Shown here one piece after another: positions 13,559 to 26,300 of a DNA stretch of 64,000 nucleotides; the first letter of the stretch is position 1, and the number at the start of each line of letters is the position of its first letter. This stretch comes from Podospora anserina (lineage: Eukaryota): positions 5,022,001 to 5,086,000 of the forward strand of contig CM030333.1 in the NCBI GenBank assembly GCA_017654855.1. The letters run 5' to 3'. Under the pieces are notes generated by a model, which saw nothing but the letters and a program-made list of their open reading frames with translations, had not been told where the DNA came from and did not search any database. Made by a program: the position numbers and the translations under genes.

Positions 13559-14107
13559 ATGCAACCCTCACCACCAGTCACCCAAACAAACAAACCCGGT
13601 ACGCAACACCGCCGGCTAACCAGAGTGCTCAAGACGCAGTCCCTTCATGTCAAAAGCCCACATCAAACCCTCCCCAAGTCCAGTGACTTGGTCCTTACTA
13701 ACACACAACCAGGGTATAAACCACAGGATGGTAAATGTGGAGATATCCCTGCCCCTCCAAAACCCGAGATACGCACGATACGAGAGAAACCTTCTCATCC
13801 CACCCGCCTTCCCCCCAACCTCAGCCAGCCTTTTCCTTTTTGTCCCTTTACTATCCCGCTGTCACCCGCGTATCCCCCATGCGAGAAGGGGGCCCCGATC
13901 GATAGGCCATCCGTCGTTACCAACAAACACGCAAGAGGGAGAGGGGGGTGGATACCTGTGCCGAGGAGGCTGAATGAGTTGACGGTAGGGTGTCCGTATC
14001 CAGGGTTCCATCCTCCGGGGGTAACCAATGGAAATTCAGGGGTGGAAAACAACACCACCACGGCCTCCGGGGATTTGTTTGGGAACTTTTGGCATGGGCA
14101 TCAATGA
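13559..14107 (+). CDS. Possible small Pro-rich hypothetical protein with an in-frame 114-nt intron (13599-13712)
   Basis: 182-aa ORF. It contains a GTACGC donor, a CTAAC branch site and a CAG acceptor that preserve frame. No homology recognised. Confidence 0.3.
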   Translation: MQPSPPVTQTNKPGTQHRRLTRVLKTQSLHVKSPHQTLPKSSDLVLTNTQPGYKPQDGKCGDIPAPPKPEIRTIREKPSHPTRLPPNLSQPFPFCPFTIPLSPAYPPCEKGAPIDRPSVVTNKHARGRGGWIPVPRRLNELTVGCPYPGFHPPGVTNGNSGVENNTTTASGDLFGNFWHGHQ

Positions 14108-14722
14108 CACGATGCCGTGATTGGGTGATGATGGTTGCTTTTAACATTATGGGTGGTACAGTGAGTGTCAAGGGGCGGCAACTACCGAGTACTCGTATCT
14201 AGCATCACATTCGGGGAAAGGGAGGGGGGGTATCGTCAGAATACGCTGCCAGAGACTCATCCACGGCTTGAGTAATTTGGCCTATTGCGGATATGGTGAG
14301 CATGACAATATATGTTCAATGTATAGATACGTCAACAAGATACAAACGCCCGCTGTTCAATATCTCAAGCAAAAGTTGTGTGTGGTATACAAGATAAAAC
14401 CAAGATTCTGATTTCGTCAACACCACCGCCCAGAGTGTTCCGACACTGCCGGAATATATTCCGCCACTTTGCCCCCGTCATGATTACTGCAGAAACAATA
14501 AGCAAAAAAAAAAAATTAAGAACAGCGAAAACTCTGAACATGCCCAGTGACCCCATCCATCCATTTCCTGACAACGCCCCGCCCCAAACACCCCAAGAAA
14601 AAGAAAATGCCAGACACCTCAAGCAGAGAGTGAATGCCAAGTGCCCGAGAAAAGAAAAAGAAACCGCATCCGCCATGATACGACAAAAGCTTATGCTCCG
14701 ACATGCAACCAACTTCGTAGCC

Positions 14723-17033
14723 TCACCCAGTAATCTCCATTGGCTCAGCCGCCTCCGCCATCGCCAGCGCCATCCCACCCAGCATGCCCATCCCCTCCAT
14801 GACCCCATCCGGGTTCGTCCCTGGCGGCAATAAAGCGGCACTGTTGCTCTCCGCCTCATCCTCCATCATGGAGATCATGTCCTCCAGGTTCTGGTCCAGC
14901 ATGTCCTGGTCCTCGGGCGGCAAGCAGCTGCAGAGCAAGTGCCTGTACTGATCAATCTTCTTGCCCGTCCCAAGCATGCCCCTCGCCTCGACGTACTCCA
15001 CCTCGGCAGCTTCCTGCTCGACCAACATGGCATGGAGTTGCGCCGCGAGCTTGAGCCGCTCTTCCGGTGAGTCGTCTTCTTCCTCTTGCTGCTGGCCATT
15101 GGTAACAGAGGCGAGGTTCTGCTCAATGGCCTTTTCAATGGCGAGCTGCGTCTGCCGGCGAAAGAGAGCAAGGACTTGCTTCTTGGCGGCGGCCACCTCT
15201 TCCTCCGTCTTGCTGGCTTGGTCGTCGGCTTCGATCCTGGACTCGAGCTCGGCGATGCTGGCTCGGAGGTTGTTGAGCTCAGCTTGGGTGTTGGCCAGGA
15301 TGTGTCTGGCTTCCTTTTCGGCTTCGTCCGTCTCGTTGAACTCGCTGTCGTAGCTTTGAGACAAATCTTGAAGTTTCTGGAGCACGAGCGGCGTGATGCG
15401 CGATTGCACCGTGTTGGCTGCCTCACTCTGGTATGACAACTGTAACTTGCTCGTTGGGTCTTCTCCAAGGGCATCCCGAAAGCCATTGCGCCGGGCTGTC
15501 TCAGGGGCGAACGGACTCGAGGAGCGCTGTGGCCCGGTCCGGGCAAGAGAACGGGTGGTGTTGATTTCTTTGATCAAATCCTCCGCTCTCACGCCCTCGT
15601 TGTTTTCGATGTCGGTTGCTGCTCCACGGCCGAGAAGCGATCTGATGCATTTCCTGGCGTTGACTCTGGCCGCCAGATGCAACGCCGTATTGCCCTCTTC
15701 ATCCTGAGCATCGAGCAGCGCCTGTACCTCCTCTGGCTGGCGAACTTCTACCAGTTTGTTCAGGATGATGTCCAGATAATACCGAGCACAGGTTGAGCTT
15801 TGTACCCGTCCTCGCTTCATAACCGCCGCATGGTGAATGACAGTGCACCCAGAGTGATCTCTTGCATCCACCGATTTGAATAGCTCGTTGAGAACGGTAG
15901 GAAACGTTTTCTTCATGTAGCAATTCGTAAAGTTCACCGCCCACATTAATGGCGTCTCCCCCCTGATATTCTGAGCCATGAGATTGGCATCAAACCGCTT
16001 TAGCTGTTTGATGACATCGGTATCGCCCATGGCCGAAGCCCAATGGAGCGACGTATGCCTGTCAGTGTCGATGGGCCAGTCCGGCTGAAAGTTGGTTGGG
16101 GGATCAGGACGAATGGCAGCCTGTTGGTTTGTAGACAGCAAAAAGTAGTCAAGCAGCTCATCCCCGTACATGGCATGTTGTTGCGCCGTCATGTCCCGCA
16201 TCTCCTCCTCTCTCTTGCGCTTCCTGTGGCCGGTGGAGAAGTGCGACATGTCGTATGCTCGATCGTCCTCAGCCATGTACGAGGCCGAGGCAACAGTCAT
16301 GTTGTCGGGGGTGTCGTCTTCGTGCATCTGAGAAGCAACACTCTCGTATTCTTCTTGGATGGGAACACCTTGTTGGGCATGACTGTGTGAGAACACAGCG
16401 GGCTGCGACAGACTACCCTTCCTGTTTTGAGACTTGCTGCCCCATTTTGGAACGGCAGGCTTGGCCTTTGGGGCCTTTGGCTTGCTCGCATGTCTTGGTG
16501 CGGGAGGAGGGCTCTCACTCCCAGGCTCATACTCAAAGATGGGCCGTAAGCGTTCGTAGATGTTGTTTCGCTGGGCAAGCGCCTCGCCTTGTTCGAGAGG
16601 AATCCATGTGCCTGCAACACAAGGCAAAGAGTCAAGTCAGCAAACGGAACGTGATGTTTTGGGCAAACGAAAAAAAAACAGCAAGAAGCCGGCGCACCTT
16701 GGTATTTTCCGTAACCACCCTGGACTTTTTCATGCTCCTCCTTTTGAACTTCGCGCTCCAGAATTCTCGTTCGGGCAGGCTTGTCAAAGCCGGCAGCCTT
16801 CAGGATGTGTGTCGCATTCACCCAGTTGTCGGCACGCCGGCGCATAACATGTTCCTTGAGATCGGTCCCAAACTGAAACTCGTAGACGGGTACCTGCATT
16901 GAATTTCATGATTAGCAATGCGTTTTTTTGGCCAGGAGCCTTTGTTGCAGTGTCTAGACAGAGTCCATAGCGGGCGACGTACACCACTATATGTCGCGCT
17001 GTATACCCCGGCCGGGGCAGCGCCCTTGGCCAT
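14723..17033 (-). CDS. MBP1: APSES (KilA-N) + ankyrin-repeat MBF/SBF DNA-binding subunit (Mbp1/Res1/Swi4 family); exons 17033-16983, 16893-16698, 16611-14723
   Basis: Spliced translation reads [14 protein letters not shown]...[31 protein letters not shown]...[17 protein letters not shown]. Ankyrin repeats ([21 protein letters not shown]) and a C-terminal coiled coil follow. Introns are canonical. Confidence 0.92.
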
Positions 17034-17337
17034 CTTGCAGAGTTGTTCGAGATTTTGCGAGCAGAAAGGCTTTGTTCAAGAAAGGCTGTGAGACTGGCGT
17101 TGGGGTTTTTGGGAGTTTAAGAAAGTCGTCCGTTTCTCGGCTGTCCAATGGGCCAGTTTTTTTCCAACAGGACGGCGGCAATCGACTGGAACCTGGAGGC
17201 TGAGAGAAGCCGACTAGGCTGCGCAAGATGAAATGGTCGGCGACAAGAAAACAATTGAATGGAACGACGCCAAAACTATTCCCCTCAAGCAGTCGTCGTC
17301 GTCGATGGTCGCTGCTTAATTGCTGTCGCGGTTGCAG

Positions 17338-17415
17338 ACGCGGAAGTCACGAAAAGACGCGGTTGCTTGACCTTGTCCGAGGCTGTGGGGGAAAGCGAGA
17401 CGCGGTTTTACGCGA
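17338..17415. promoter_or_regulatory. Cluster of four ACGCG (MCB-core-like) motifs upstream of the MBF subunit gene
   Basis: ACGCG occurs at 17338, 17357, 17400 and 17410, about 300-380 bp upstream of ATG 17033. Confidence 0.4.
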
Positions 17416-18648
17416 TTCCCTTAAACTCTCTTCGCTTGGCCCCTGACCTCCCGTCTCACCGAAAGTGCGCCCGGCACGTGACTGCTCCCAAGACGCTCCC
17501 TCTTGAGTGGCCACCTGTGGGGGGTTAGGGTTCAGTATCCCATGTCAATCACCAACGTCCAAGAGTATCCAGAGCATGAGCCGAAGAGGGGATTGACATA
17601 TATGCAGTCGGGTGATAATGAAATGAGAGTAAAGCTGTCACTAGGTAGTCTCCTCCTAATTTTACCATGCAAACCGCAAACTGGTGGCAACTGTTTGAGC
17701 CCAATGACGCTACTTCACTCAGTGCATGTATGTTGGTGAGTTGAAGAACAAACTTGCTGTGTTCTCCCCCAGGAGGTACACTTACAACCTGCCAAAAATC
17801 ACTCCAGTCAGGAATTTTGAGAGTACGTGGTAATAATGCGTTACCATCATATTCTCTCCATCTACATACGATTTTCCTCGCTCCTACACTTGAAGCCTGA
17901 GGTCCAATGATGCCGTGAACGAAGGGAAGGCCAAACGCCGGTGCCGTGTCGGCTTCATGTCGATGGTATACCATATGACAGGCAGATGACGACTGCCGTC
18001 AAGTTCAAGTACGTTGATAGTCTCAATAGATAACGGCGCGGCCAAGCAGTGGTTCCAAACTCACATATTTGACCACAAACCATGGCTCTATGGTGCAATA
18101 TCGCGTGAGTATGACAAGGTGCACCTTCAGTGTGAGCAGCCATACACCAGCACCAACTTACCCTTCTGTCGTGTAAATGAGTTCGACCAATGAAAGTCGC
18201 CCGATATCGAACTCACATGCCTCAAAACGCTCACGTTGACCTGTCGGACACAGCCAAATGTTCAACGGGTGCCTGGGATTGGTCACCACTTGCAGATTTG
18301 TAAAGACCATCAGACATGCAATGGCGAGCTTGAGCTCGAGGCAACGCTACGTCTTCGTTCCCGAGTCACCGCAAATGACAAGCCAGCACAGGAGTTCGAG
18401 CTTGTTGCGAAAATCGTGGAACATTGCACCTCATCCGGGAGACCAGAAAAAATAAGGGGTTATCTCCGCTGATCTCTTAAACTCCTGGCATCATCGGGGC
18501 GCCATCGGCACTGGCGCTGGTCGTTGTGAAAGATATAAGGAACAGCTCTCAACGACCTGCTGTTTCCCGCTCAAGACATCAGTTCGAGACCAGTCATCAG
18601 GAACACATACCCTTCACATAAATCCATATTCAGCACACCAACATCAAC

Positions 18649-20134
18649 ATGGCTCCTCCTGTCGCCGACATCGATGTACAGACTGCTCCTGTGGTGGTTC
18701 CTGTTCCGACCAAAGGATCCATCGCTCCCGGACACAGCAGCGCCTCTAGGCTTTCGGGGCCCTTGACCTACTCGGGCACTCTCGACACCTATGAGCATTT
18801 CGATGTCACGAATGTAATCGGTCGCGAGTTCCCCAACTTGCAACTGAGTGAGATCCTACATGATGACGATAAAATCCGTGATCTCGCCATTCTCGGTAAG
18901 CTCATTGGTGGTTTCTGCAGCCGTGGTTCTTCGACTGACACCAGAAAAGTTTCCCAACGAGGCGTCGTGTTCTTCCGCAACCAAGATCTAAGCATTGACG
19001 ACCAGAAGCTCTTGGGTCAAAGACTTGGTGAGTTGACAGGAAAGCCTGAGACGTCCAAGCTCCACAAGCACGCCCTTGCCAACAGCAAGCGCGGTATTGC
19101 CGTCGATGAGAATGGCAAGCTCGACGACGAGGTTTCTGTCATCTCGTCGGAGCAGAATCGCAAGTACTACGCCGATCGTTATGGCTATACTGCAAAGAGA
19201 CTGGCGAGTGAGGGCTGGCATGCTGAGTATGTTGTTCTCACCTTGCGCTTCCAGGCAAACCAATAGCTGACTCTCCCCTAGCATCACGTTCGAGCATATC
19301 CCTTCCGACTATGCCATCCTCAAGATTGTGCAGCCTCCCGAAGATGTTGGCGGAGATACCCTCTGGGCCTCCGGCTATGAGGTGTATGACCGTTTAAGCC
19401 CTGCGCTTCAGAAGTTGGCCGAGAGCCTGACTGCGACGCACCATCAGCCCAACTTTGTCAGGGTCAAAGAAGCCTTCGGTGCTGAGCTGATTGATCAGTT
19501 CCGTGGTGCTCCGGAGAATAATGGGCTGGATTTCAAGGCTGAGCAGTATGCTTATCCGTATGCTGAAAGAGGCTGAGCCAATATGCTGACCAGTGACTGA
19601 TATGTAGCCCTGTTGTCCGCACCAACCCAGTCACCGGGTGGAAGTCTCTCTTCGGAGCCGGCCACCAAGTGCATGCCGGTTGGATCAACGGCGTCACGGA
19701 GCGTGAGAGTGAGATTCTCAAGGCTTATTGTAGGTTCTTTCAAAATATGAAGGTATCATCGTGTGCTGTTGCTGACCGACGAAACAGTTTACCAACTCAT
19801 TTCTGAGAACCACGACCTTCAAGTCCGCTTCCGTTGGAACAAGAACGATCTTGCCATATGGGACAAGTAAGTTCTTTTATCAAGACGTCTGAATACTTGT
19901 GCTGGAGTAGAGAAGACTGACAAGGAGAATATAGCCGATCGGTGTTCCATACAGCTACGTAGTGAGTTCCTCTTTCCTCGCTCTTCCGAGCATCAGGGCA
20001 GACCAGACAGCTGACAACATAATTACAGCGACTATGTCGGCAAGAGACAGGGCAACCGGGTGGTGTCGCTGGGAGAGAAACCCTATTTCGACCCCAACTC
20101 CAAATCCAGACGGGAGACACTTGGCTTGCTCTAG
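18649..20134 (+). CDS. TauD/TfdA-family alpha-ketoglutarate-dependent sulfonate/taurine dioxygenase (Jlp1-like), 7 exons
   Basis: Motifs IGREF, RGVVFFRNQDL, GWHAD ITFE (HxD), GGDTLWASGY, HPVVRTNPVTGWKSLF, DLAIWDN RSVFHTA and GEKPYFDP. Six GT-AG introns can be reconstructed in frame. Stop TAG 20132-20134. Confidence 0.9.
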
Positions 20135-21120
20135 GATGGGGAGGAAGACGAAAGGCTTTGAAGGTTGACCGCTAAAGGCGGGAAAGCGGCTGGTGATGCT
20201 GATCCGTAGTCAAACTTTGGGTGTTGTACGTATCCGTTTAAGGAGGTATTGCGTAATAAATGCCACGATTGTTTTCTCCTGCTCCACGTTGAGAGTATTG
20301 AAAGGCGCTTGGCGTGATGCCTGCGTCTGAGCGCGTGACTTGCCATTTGTCATTAAAGTGAGACGCTGTTCCAGAGCAGTAGGTCAGGAAGGATGAGGCA
20401 CGTGTGGGGGAAAAAATGATTTCGGTATTCTCAGAGGCCCGGGGATAGGCACAAGATCCAGAACGGAGGCTGTCAAAAGACGGGAGCAAGAGCAAATGAG
20501 AGCACACCTGATGAAGCCATCTAGAAGGACCATTGTGGTTGGTGGAAGGTGGAAAGAAATCCGTGGGACCCCTAAAGTGGGAACATCCCGCACTTCCCCA
20601 GTGGGGCCCCCACAGAATGGCAGGCCAGTTCCTGCTCTCATTGGTGGATCCCGGCCCGTGGATCGGGAAGCCGCAGCTGACACCAAACGACAGGGGTCCG
20701 ATGGTGTTGGGATGGTGACACAGGCCATCTCTCTTCCAAACAACCTACCAACAACCTACCTGGAAGACATGATTTTGAGAACTTTAAAGTCGGGGCCTCT
20801 CCTCCCACCAAGAAACACTTAATTGCATATCTTTCCTGGCATTCGTTCGCTTATACATAGCCACGTTTTGTCCACTTACAATCAAGGCTGTCCATTCCAC
20901 CCCGTTCTTTGTCTGCCCGGTTACCACTGTCCGTCTCTTAATTCTACCCCCAGTACGTCACACACACCCGACGACAACGCAGCAGCGAACGGCACATGCG
21001 TCCGCCAGCCGTCGAGCCTCCGTATACACTTGATTTCCCATGTCGATAGAGGTAGCGACATAGCAGCCCCGTTCAGTTGTTCTACCCAAGTCCACCCACT
21101 GCCCGCCACAGCTCCTGGCC

Positions 21121-22506
21121 ATGCGCAGCACCAAGACTCCTCGCCCCGGCGAGCAACCTCTGCTTTCCTCATATCACAGTTCCGACGATGAAGAACGGGG
21201 CCGCAGGACACTTCGAGGAGGGAACCGTCGCGGAAGCCCCCTTCCGCTAACCTCAACATCCTCGGCCCACACACCTACATACTCGCATTTCGCCGTCCCA
21301 GACTTGACCACGAGTCGCCCGACCCTGAGCCGTCGCAGTACGAATCAACTACGCTCCCGTAGCCCTACGAGTGCCCGCCTCGAGGCGAAACGCAAGTACA
21401 CATACGCTGCCGTTTTCCTGGTCACGAGCTTGGTATCGTTTGTGGTGCAAACGGAATTGGCATCGTACATACAGCACGACTTGGGATGGAACAAGGCATA
21501 TGCCATGCTGTATTTGACACATGGATCGTGGGTCTTTCTCTGGCCACTGCAGCTGCTGTTTCTGCGCCTTCAAAGACGGGAGCAGTCATGGCATCAGTTT
21601 TGGAACAACCACAAGCAAATTCTGAGAAAAACAGCCCAGATGGTGGAACGACAAGAGGTCAGAGTACCCAGGGGAATGGGCGCTGACCGCTCGCCCTGGC
21701 CATATCTTGCTCGGACAACAGCAGTGGTGACGACAGCCTTGACCGTTGCTGGATCGAGTTGGTATGTTGCCGTCAGCATGACCACGCCCAGCGATTTGAC
21801 AGCCATCTACAACTGCAGTGCCTTCTTTGCCTACGCCTTTTCCATTCCCTTGCTGAAGGAACGGCTTCGGCTCGACAAGATGGTGGCCGTATTCGTGGCT
21901 ATCATCGGTGTGCTGGTGGTAGCTTATGGCGGCGGTAGCTCCTCGGATGAAGCTGGGCAGGCTGGCCCTGCCACTCGCTTTGCCGGCAACATCGTCATTG
22001 GCATCGGTTCCGTGTTGTATGGGCTCTACGAGGTCCTCTACAAACGATATGCATGCCCGCCAGATGGGACAAGCGCCAACAGGAGCATGATGTTCGCCAA
22101 TACCTTTGGCAGCTTGATCGGAGTTTTCACCGTCCTGGTCCTGTGGATCCCAATACCGGTGCTCCATGTGCTTGGATGGGAGACATTTGAGATGCCGACA
22201 GGCGAAACCGCCTCCCTCTTACTCATCAGCGTCTTTGCCAACATGGTCTTCTCGGGCTCTTTCTTGGTTCTAATCTCATTGACGAGCCCGGTCCTCAGCT
22301 CGGTTGCCGCACTCCTCACCATTTTCATCGTTGCCATTGTAGATTGGTGCTTGACCGGCCAACCGCTAGAGGCTCCCGCCATCCTTGGGGGACTGCTTAT
22401 CATAGCGGCTTTTGCAATGCTCAGCTGGAGCACATGGAAGGAGATGAATGAAGAAGAACGCAAGGGGCCGGTGGATCTGAGCAGCGATAGCGGCGACGAA
22501 GACTAG
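21121..22506 (+). CDS. EamA/DMT superfamily transporter (SLC35F-like)
   Basis: Intronless 461-aa ORF with about 10 hydrophobic segments. Motifs LTAIYNCSAFFAYAFS..LLKE and GSVLYGLYEVLYKR. Confidence 0.85.
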   Translation: MRSTKTPRPGEQPLLSSYHSSDDEERGRRTLRGGNRRGSPLPLTSTSSAHTPTYSHFAVPDLTTSRPTLSRRSTNQLRSRSPTSARLEAKRKYTYAAVFLVTSLVSFVVQTELASYIQHDLGWNKAYAMLYLTHGSWVFLWPLQLLFLRLQRREQSWHQFWNNHKQILRKTAQMVERQEVRVPRGMGADRSPWPYLARTTAVVTTALTVAGSSWYVAVSMTTPSDLTAIYNCSAFFAYAFSIPLLKERLRLDKMVAVFVAIIGVLVVAYGGGSSSDEAGQAGPATRFAGNIVIGIGSVLYGLYEVLYKRYACPPDGTSANRSMMFANTFGSLIGVFTVLVLWIPIPVLHVLGWETFEMPTGETASLLLISVFANMVFSGSFLVLISLTSPVLSSVAALLTIFIVAIVDWCLTGQPLEAPAILGGLLIIAAFAMLSWSTWKEMNEEERKGPVDLSSDSGDED

Positions 22507-22620
22507 TACAATCGTGGTTGCCCTATTTTGGAATGCGTTCGCACCCCCCGTACGACGGACTCGTACTCGGGACGCGCCAATGCCTCCCCGTCAGAGGGAA
22601 CTGTTGGGGCCACCGCAACC

Positions 22621-23365
22621 ATGACAACTGAGATGTTTGCCGAACTTCATCTGCGGGGTGGGAAAGGTTCCAAAAGCAAAAAGAAAATAGAGATCAACTG
22701 AAAAAGGCCAATGCCAGAAAAGCAAAGCGAGACGCCGACGAACAAGCTGCCGAGAAAAAAGCCTCCGGGGAAGAAAGCTTGCAATCCAAGCATGAAGAGG
22801 AGCAGGCAAATACAGAGGAAGAGGCCAATACAGAGCAAGAGACCAATACAGAGCAAGAGACCAATACAGAGCAAGAGACCAGCACAGAGCAAGAGACCAA
22901 TACAGGGGAGACTAATACAGGGGTCGAGGTCAATACAGCAGAGCGGGCTGATGCACCTGGGGAGGTTTTATGTAACATGCCCTGATGTGGTTCATTTGTA
23001 TCATGATACCCCTACTGTTTCTTGGGACCGCGATGTCGGCAATGCAGGGAATGATTGCCATATGTGCGGGAACTTTTGCTCTTGTTGTGGCGGCTCCGGT
23101 CTACGGGCTCAGACGTGACGTGAAATTAGGCCGTGCCTCGTCCCCTGGCGAATCGGACGAGGATGATACGGGCTTGCCAACACCGGAACCATGGGCGAGT
23201 GACCCGGATCATATAGCTCGAAGGGAGGCACGGGCGCATGCTGCTGCTTTGGCAGAGGCTTTGGGGAGTGGTAACGCGGGGCAGGGCCCGGTGGGTGGAG
23301 AAGGGAGCAGGGCTGGTGGTCCCTCGAACAGCACTATCGATGATGAGAGTCCTCCGAGAAACTGA
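22621..23365 (+). pseudogene. Probable decayed (or mis-sequenced) gene: coiled-coil plus acidic 6-aa repeats followed by two TM segments
   Basis: Three coding-like segments lie in different frames: MTTEMFAELHLR / WERFQKQKENRDQLKK...TEQETN repeats / HALMWFICIMIPLLFLG. They join via 1-nt shifts in G-runs (about 22655 and 22960) and an in-frame TAA. Confidence 0.4.
22806..22923 (+). repeat. 18-bp tandem repeat (ACCAATACAGAGCAAGAG), about 6 copies, encoding TNTEQE
   Basis: Directly visible tandem units with minor substitutions. Confidence 0.9.
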
Positions 23366-26300
23366 GTGTAGGACAAGTGTGTGGGAAGCTTGAAGCATGT
23401 TGGAGGTCGGGAGCGCAATTCCCGAGGGAACATGGATACAGGAGTATTATTAGCTGGTAGGCAGGCCACGATCCCCTTTGGCATTAGATAGTTGGGGGAA
23501 AAGCGAGTATAGAGTAGCGTGACAGCAATGACATTGTCATCATTTTAAAATACAGTCTCTGAATATCTCTGGAGACCATGGAATGATGAGAGCTGCTTTC
23601 ACATAGATATCTACCTAACATGAATCAGCTGATCCTGGACATGTTGCTGATCGTTCCAAGTTATGTTTCAATGCTTGTTATAACAAACCCGTCTGGTTCG
23701 GTTTTGGGAGTAAAATTATTAACAAGACAAGAAGAAAAAGACAGAAAAACTAACAAAAACGTTATCTTGCAACACCAATGCAAATTTATCAAATACCTAT
23801 GAGCTCTATATATTATGAATAATCTCGACATAGTCCACCAAACATGGGTTGTGAAGATCTTGTCCAATCTAGGAGAACAGCCATTTCATCATAGTTCTGC
23901 TTTAGGTTCATTGCAAGATGCCTGTTTGTTTGATGATCACTTTTTGGGGCTATTGAGTTCCCGTTGCGCCTTCTTTTCAGTTCGATCTGTTACTTATACC
24001 CTGCACCTGGGAGTAGCCTTAGGCTTGTACCAATCATAGGGTATATGAAACGAAGCTCAAGTTTGTTCAACATATATAACCTATATTTGGATGGTATGGA
24101 TTCTGTAGTCTACCGGTAGAGTCAACCATTACACCAGGCATGATTTGTGTTTAGAATTGGCGTTTTGGACAGTTGATCCTAGCAGCGAAGCTTTTGCGAT
24201 GTGCTTCTCTATATTCGTTGTTCACCTAATGTAGCACGATCCAGTTCTATCATATATTCATGAATGTTAATGTGCTGAAAGAAATTGTGTCCACTGTCAT
24301 GAGTTCATGGGGATATTGAAAATGTAATGTGATTGAGAGGTGACCATCTGGATATCATCACATTTGCACTGTACACTCTGTGATGTGATTCTAAAGATAG
24401 AACCGCCCTGCATTGTGGTATGGGGAATTTGGGGAAAGAAACGTGTGTGTGCCGCCCCCAACATTTCACGCTTCCGTCTCGTGTGCTTGACTGCTTGCCA
24501 ATCCCCTCTCGGTCGTACGCAACCTGCTTACGGCACAGTAGCCACAAAGTCGCGTCTGTCGACTGGAGTGGAAATGATGAGCAATTAGGCTCGGACACTG
24601 CGTGGGCAATGGGTACAGTACGAATAGGGGGTGAAAGAAATGGATGAAGGCATTGATGACGGTAATTTGAAGATCTACAAAGGGTATGTCAGCATCAAAG
24701 AAACAACCGAGATGGGCCGGCTAGGCCGGCCACTGTTGGGCCATTCCAGTGAGCTCCAACCCATGCTGATCCAGAAAACACGACCCGACACCTCGGGACC
24801 AAAACATGGTGAGCTGGCGGTTGAAGAACGAGGGAGAGACAAAAGCTTTACCGCCTCTCCAGATCTCATTGCTCCCTGCTTCCAGACAGCGTGACATGTT
24901 TCACAGGATCAGCCAAAGAAGATCGGGAGACCTTCGGAGGGTTGATATCGTGATTTGGCCACTCTAAGCCTCCCGTGCGGGGTTATAGGCCAGGCCTTGG
25001 GCTCAACGGTCACGGCCAGCAGTCGTTGGGCTTCAAACTACCCGTTGTGGGGCTCGGCCAGTGTTTTCTTCTTTCCAGTCGCTAATAGTACCAAGCAAGC
25101 GATTCAGATCTCTCGCACACGACTGGGACTAGCAGATGGCGAAGATGACGTGCAGAAACTGACGCTACGCACATAAATGCAGCCACATGTGACCCATGAA
25201 CACCTCGATACAACAAGCACCCATCGTCTCCAGTGAGTGGCCTCCCAACTCTTCAATGGACCCTCTTCCGCATGCCCAGTGCTGGCTTTCACGGGGAGGA
25301 TGGAAACTCCAAGCGGCAATGCAACCGTAACCTCCTTGTGCACGTTTCAGGGGTGCGGAGTCCAGCGCACGGAGCCTTCAGCCGTTTGGGCTCCGGGCAG
25401 CTTGTCTCATGTCTCACCACTGGCTCTGCGTGGCTGTGTGTGACTTGCCGATTCCTCCAGTCTGACAGGAGTCAAAGATGATGAGATCCGACAGTCACCG
25501 CCGTCATCATGATATCTCCAATCACAAGCAATGCCATCTTGCCTCGTTGGTGCTGTTGGAAGAAAAGCTTCAGCCCGACGGATATGGAAAGGAAAATGGA
25601 ATGGACAAATCACCAAGCCCTCCCGCCAAGCCCTCCCCGTGGCCGTTACAGGATCCCATGCTGCACATCTTTTGTGGAGACGACGATGGCTTCCCGGGAA
25701 GACTTCCACAAAGACATGGATTGTTAACGACAGATGGTCCAGATTCGGAAGATCAACCAGCAAGCCGCGGAAGGGTTCATGCTGAGGAGCCGAGATCTGT
25801 AGTAGCGTTTTCTCGGTGTCCTATGAGATCTGCGAAGATGGCCGCCGAAAAGGCCAGTAGTAGCTATTTGGGAGACTACATGGCTCCAGGTTGCCAAACG
25901 GCCCCGGGACAGGCCAACGAGCGGTGGTTGAGTAACGGCGACCGCCTTTGGCGCAACCAGCCACCAGCAGATCGGAGAAGTCTTCCATGAACATGCTGCT
26001 TTTCTGTCGAGTGAACAATCCAGTGGCCAGTCATCCGATCACTGCCGCCGATACCACTTGTTGATGCAGGCGTGCAAGACGAAGGGGGAATGGCAAGGGT
26101 TCGATGTCGCCTTGAGTCACTGGGCCTGGCGCGAGACTCTGGAGGGTTTTCTGGTAGCGGCCCATGATTGGTTCAATATCAAGCAAGCGAAGACAGCTCT
26201 TAGCCTGATCAGGCATGGAGGAATTGAGCTGGCTGCTCCCTGCGTCTTGCTGGATATCATCGAGGTACGGGAAGGAGCATCGGAAGCTAGAGCTGTGCTA

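Noticed and set aside
18495-18505. GGGGCGCCAT as a CYS-3/MetR sulfur-regulator site upstream of TauD
   Set aside because: Only a partial match to ATGRYRYCAT and a single copy, so it is not distinguishable from chance.
20132-20161. TauD readthrough extension DGEEDERL*
   Set aside because: TAG-G is not a leaky context, and the acidic ERL is a poor PTS1.
22806-22923. Regularly spaced repeats as a CRISPR array
   Set aside because: These are head-to-tail 18-bp units without spacers, in a eukaryotic genome.
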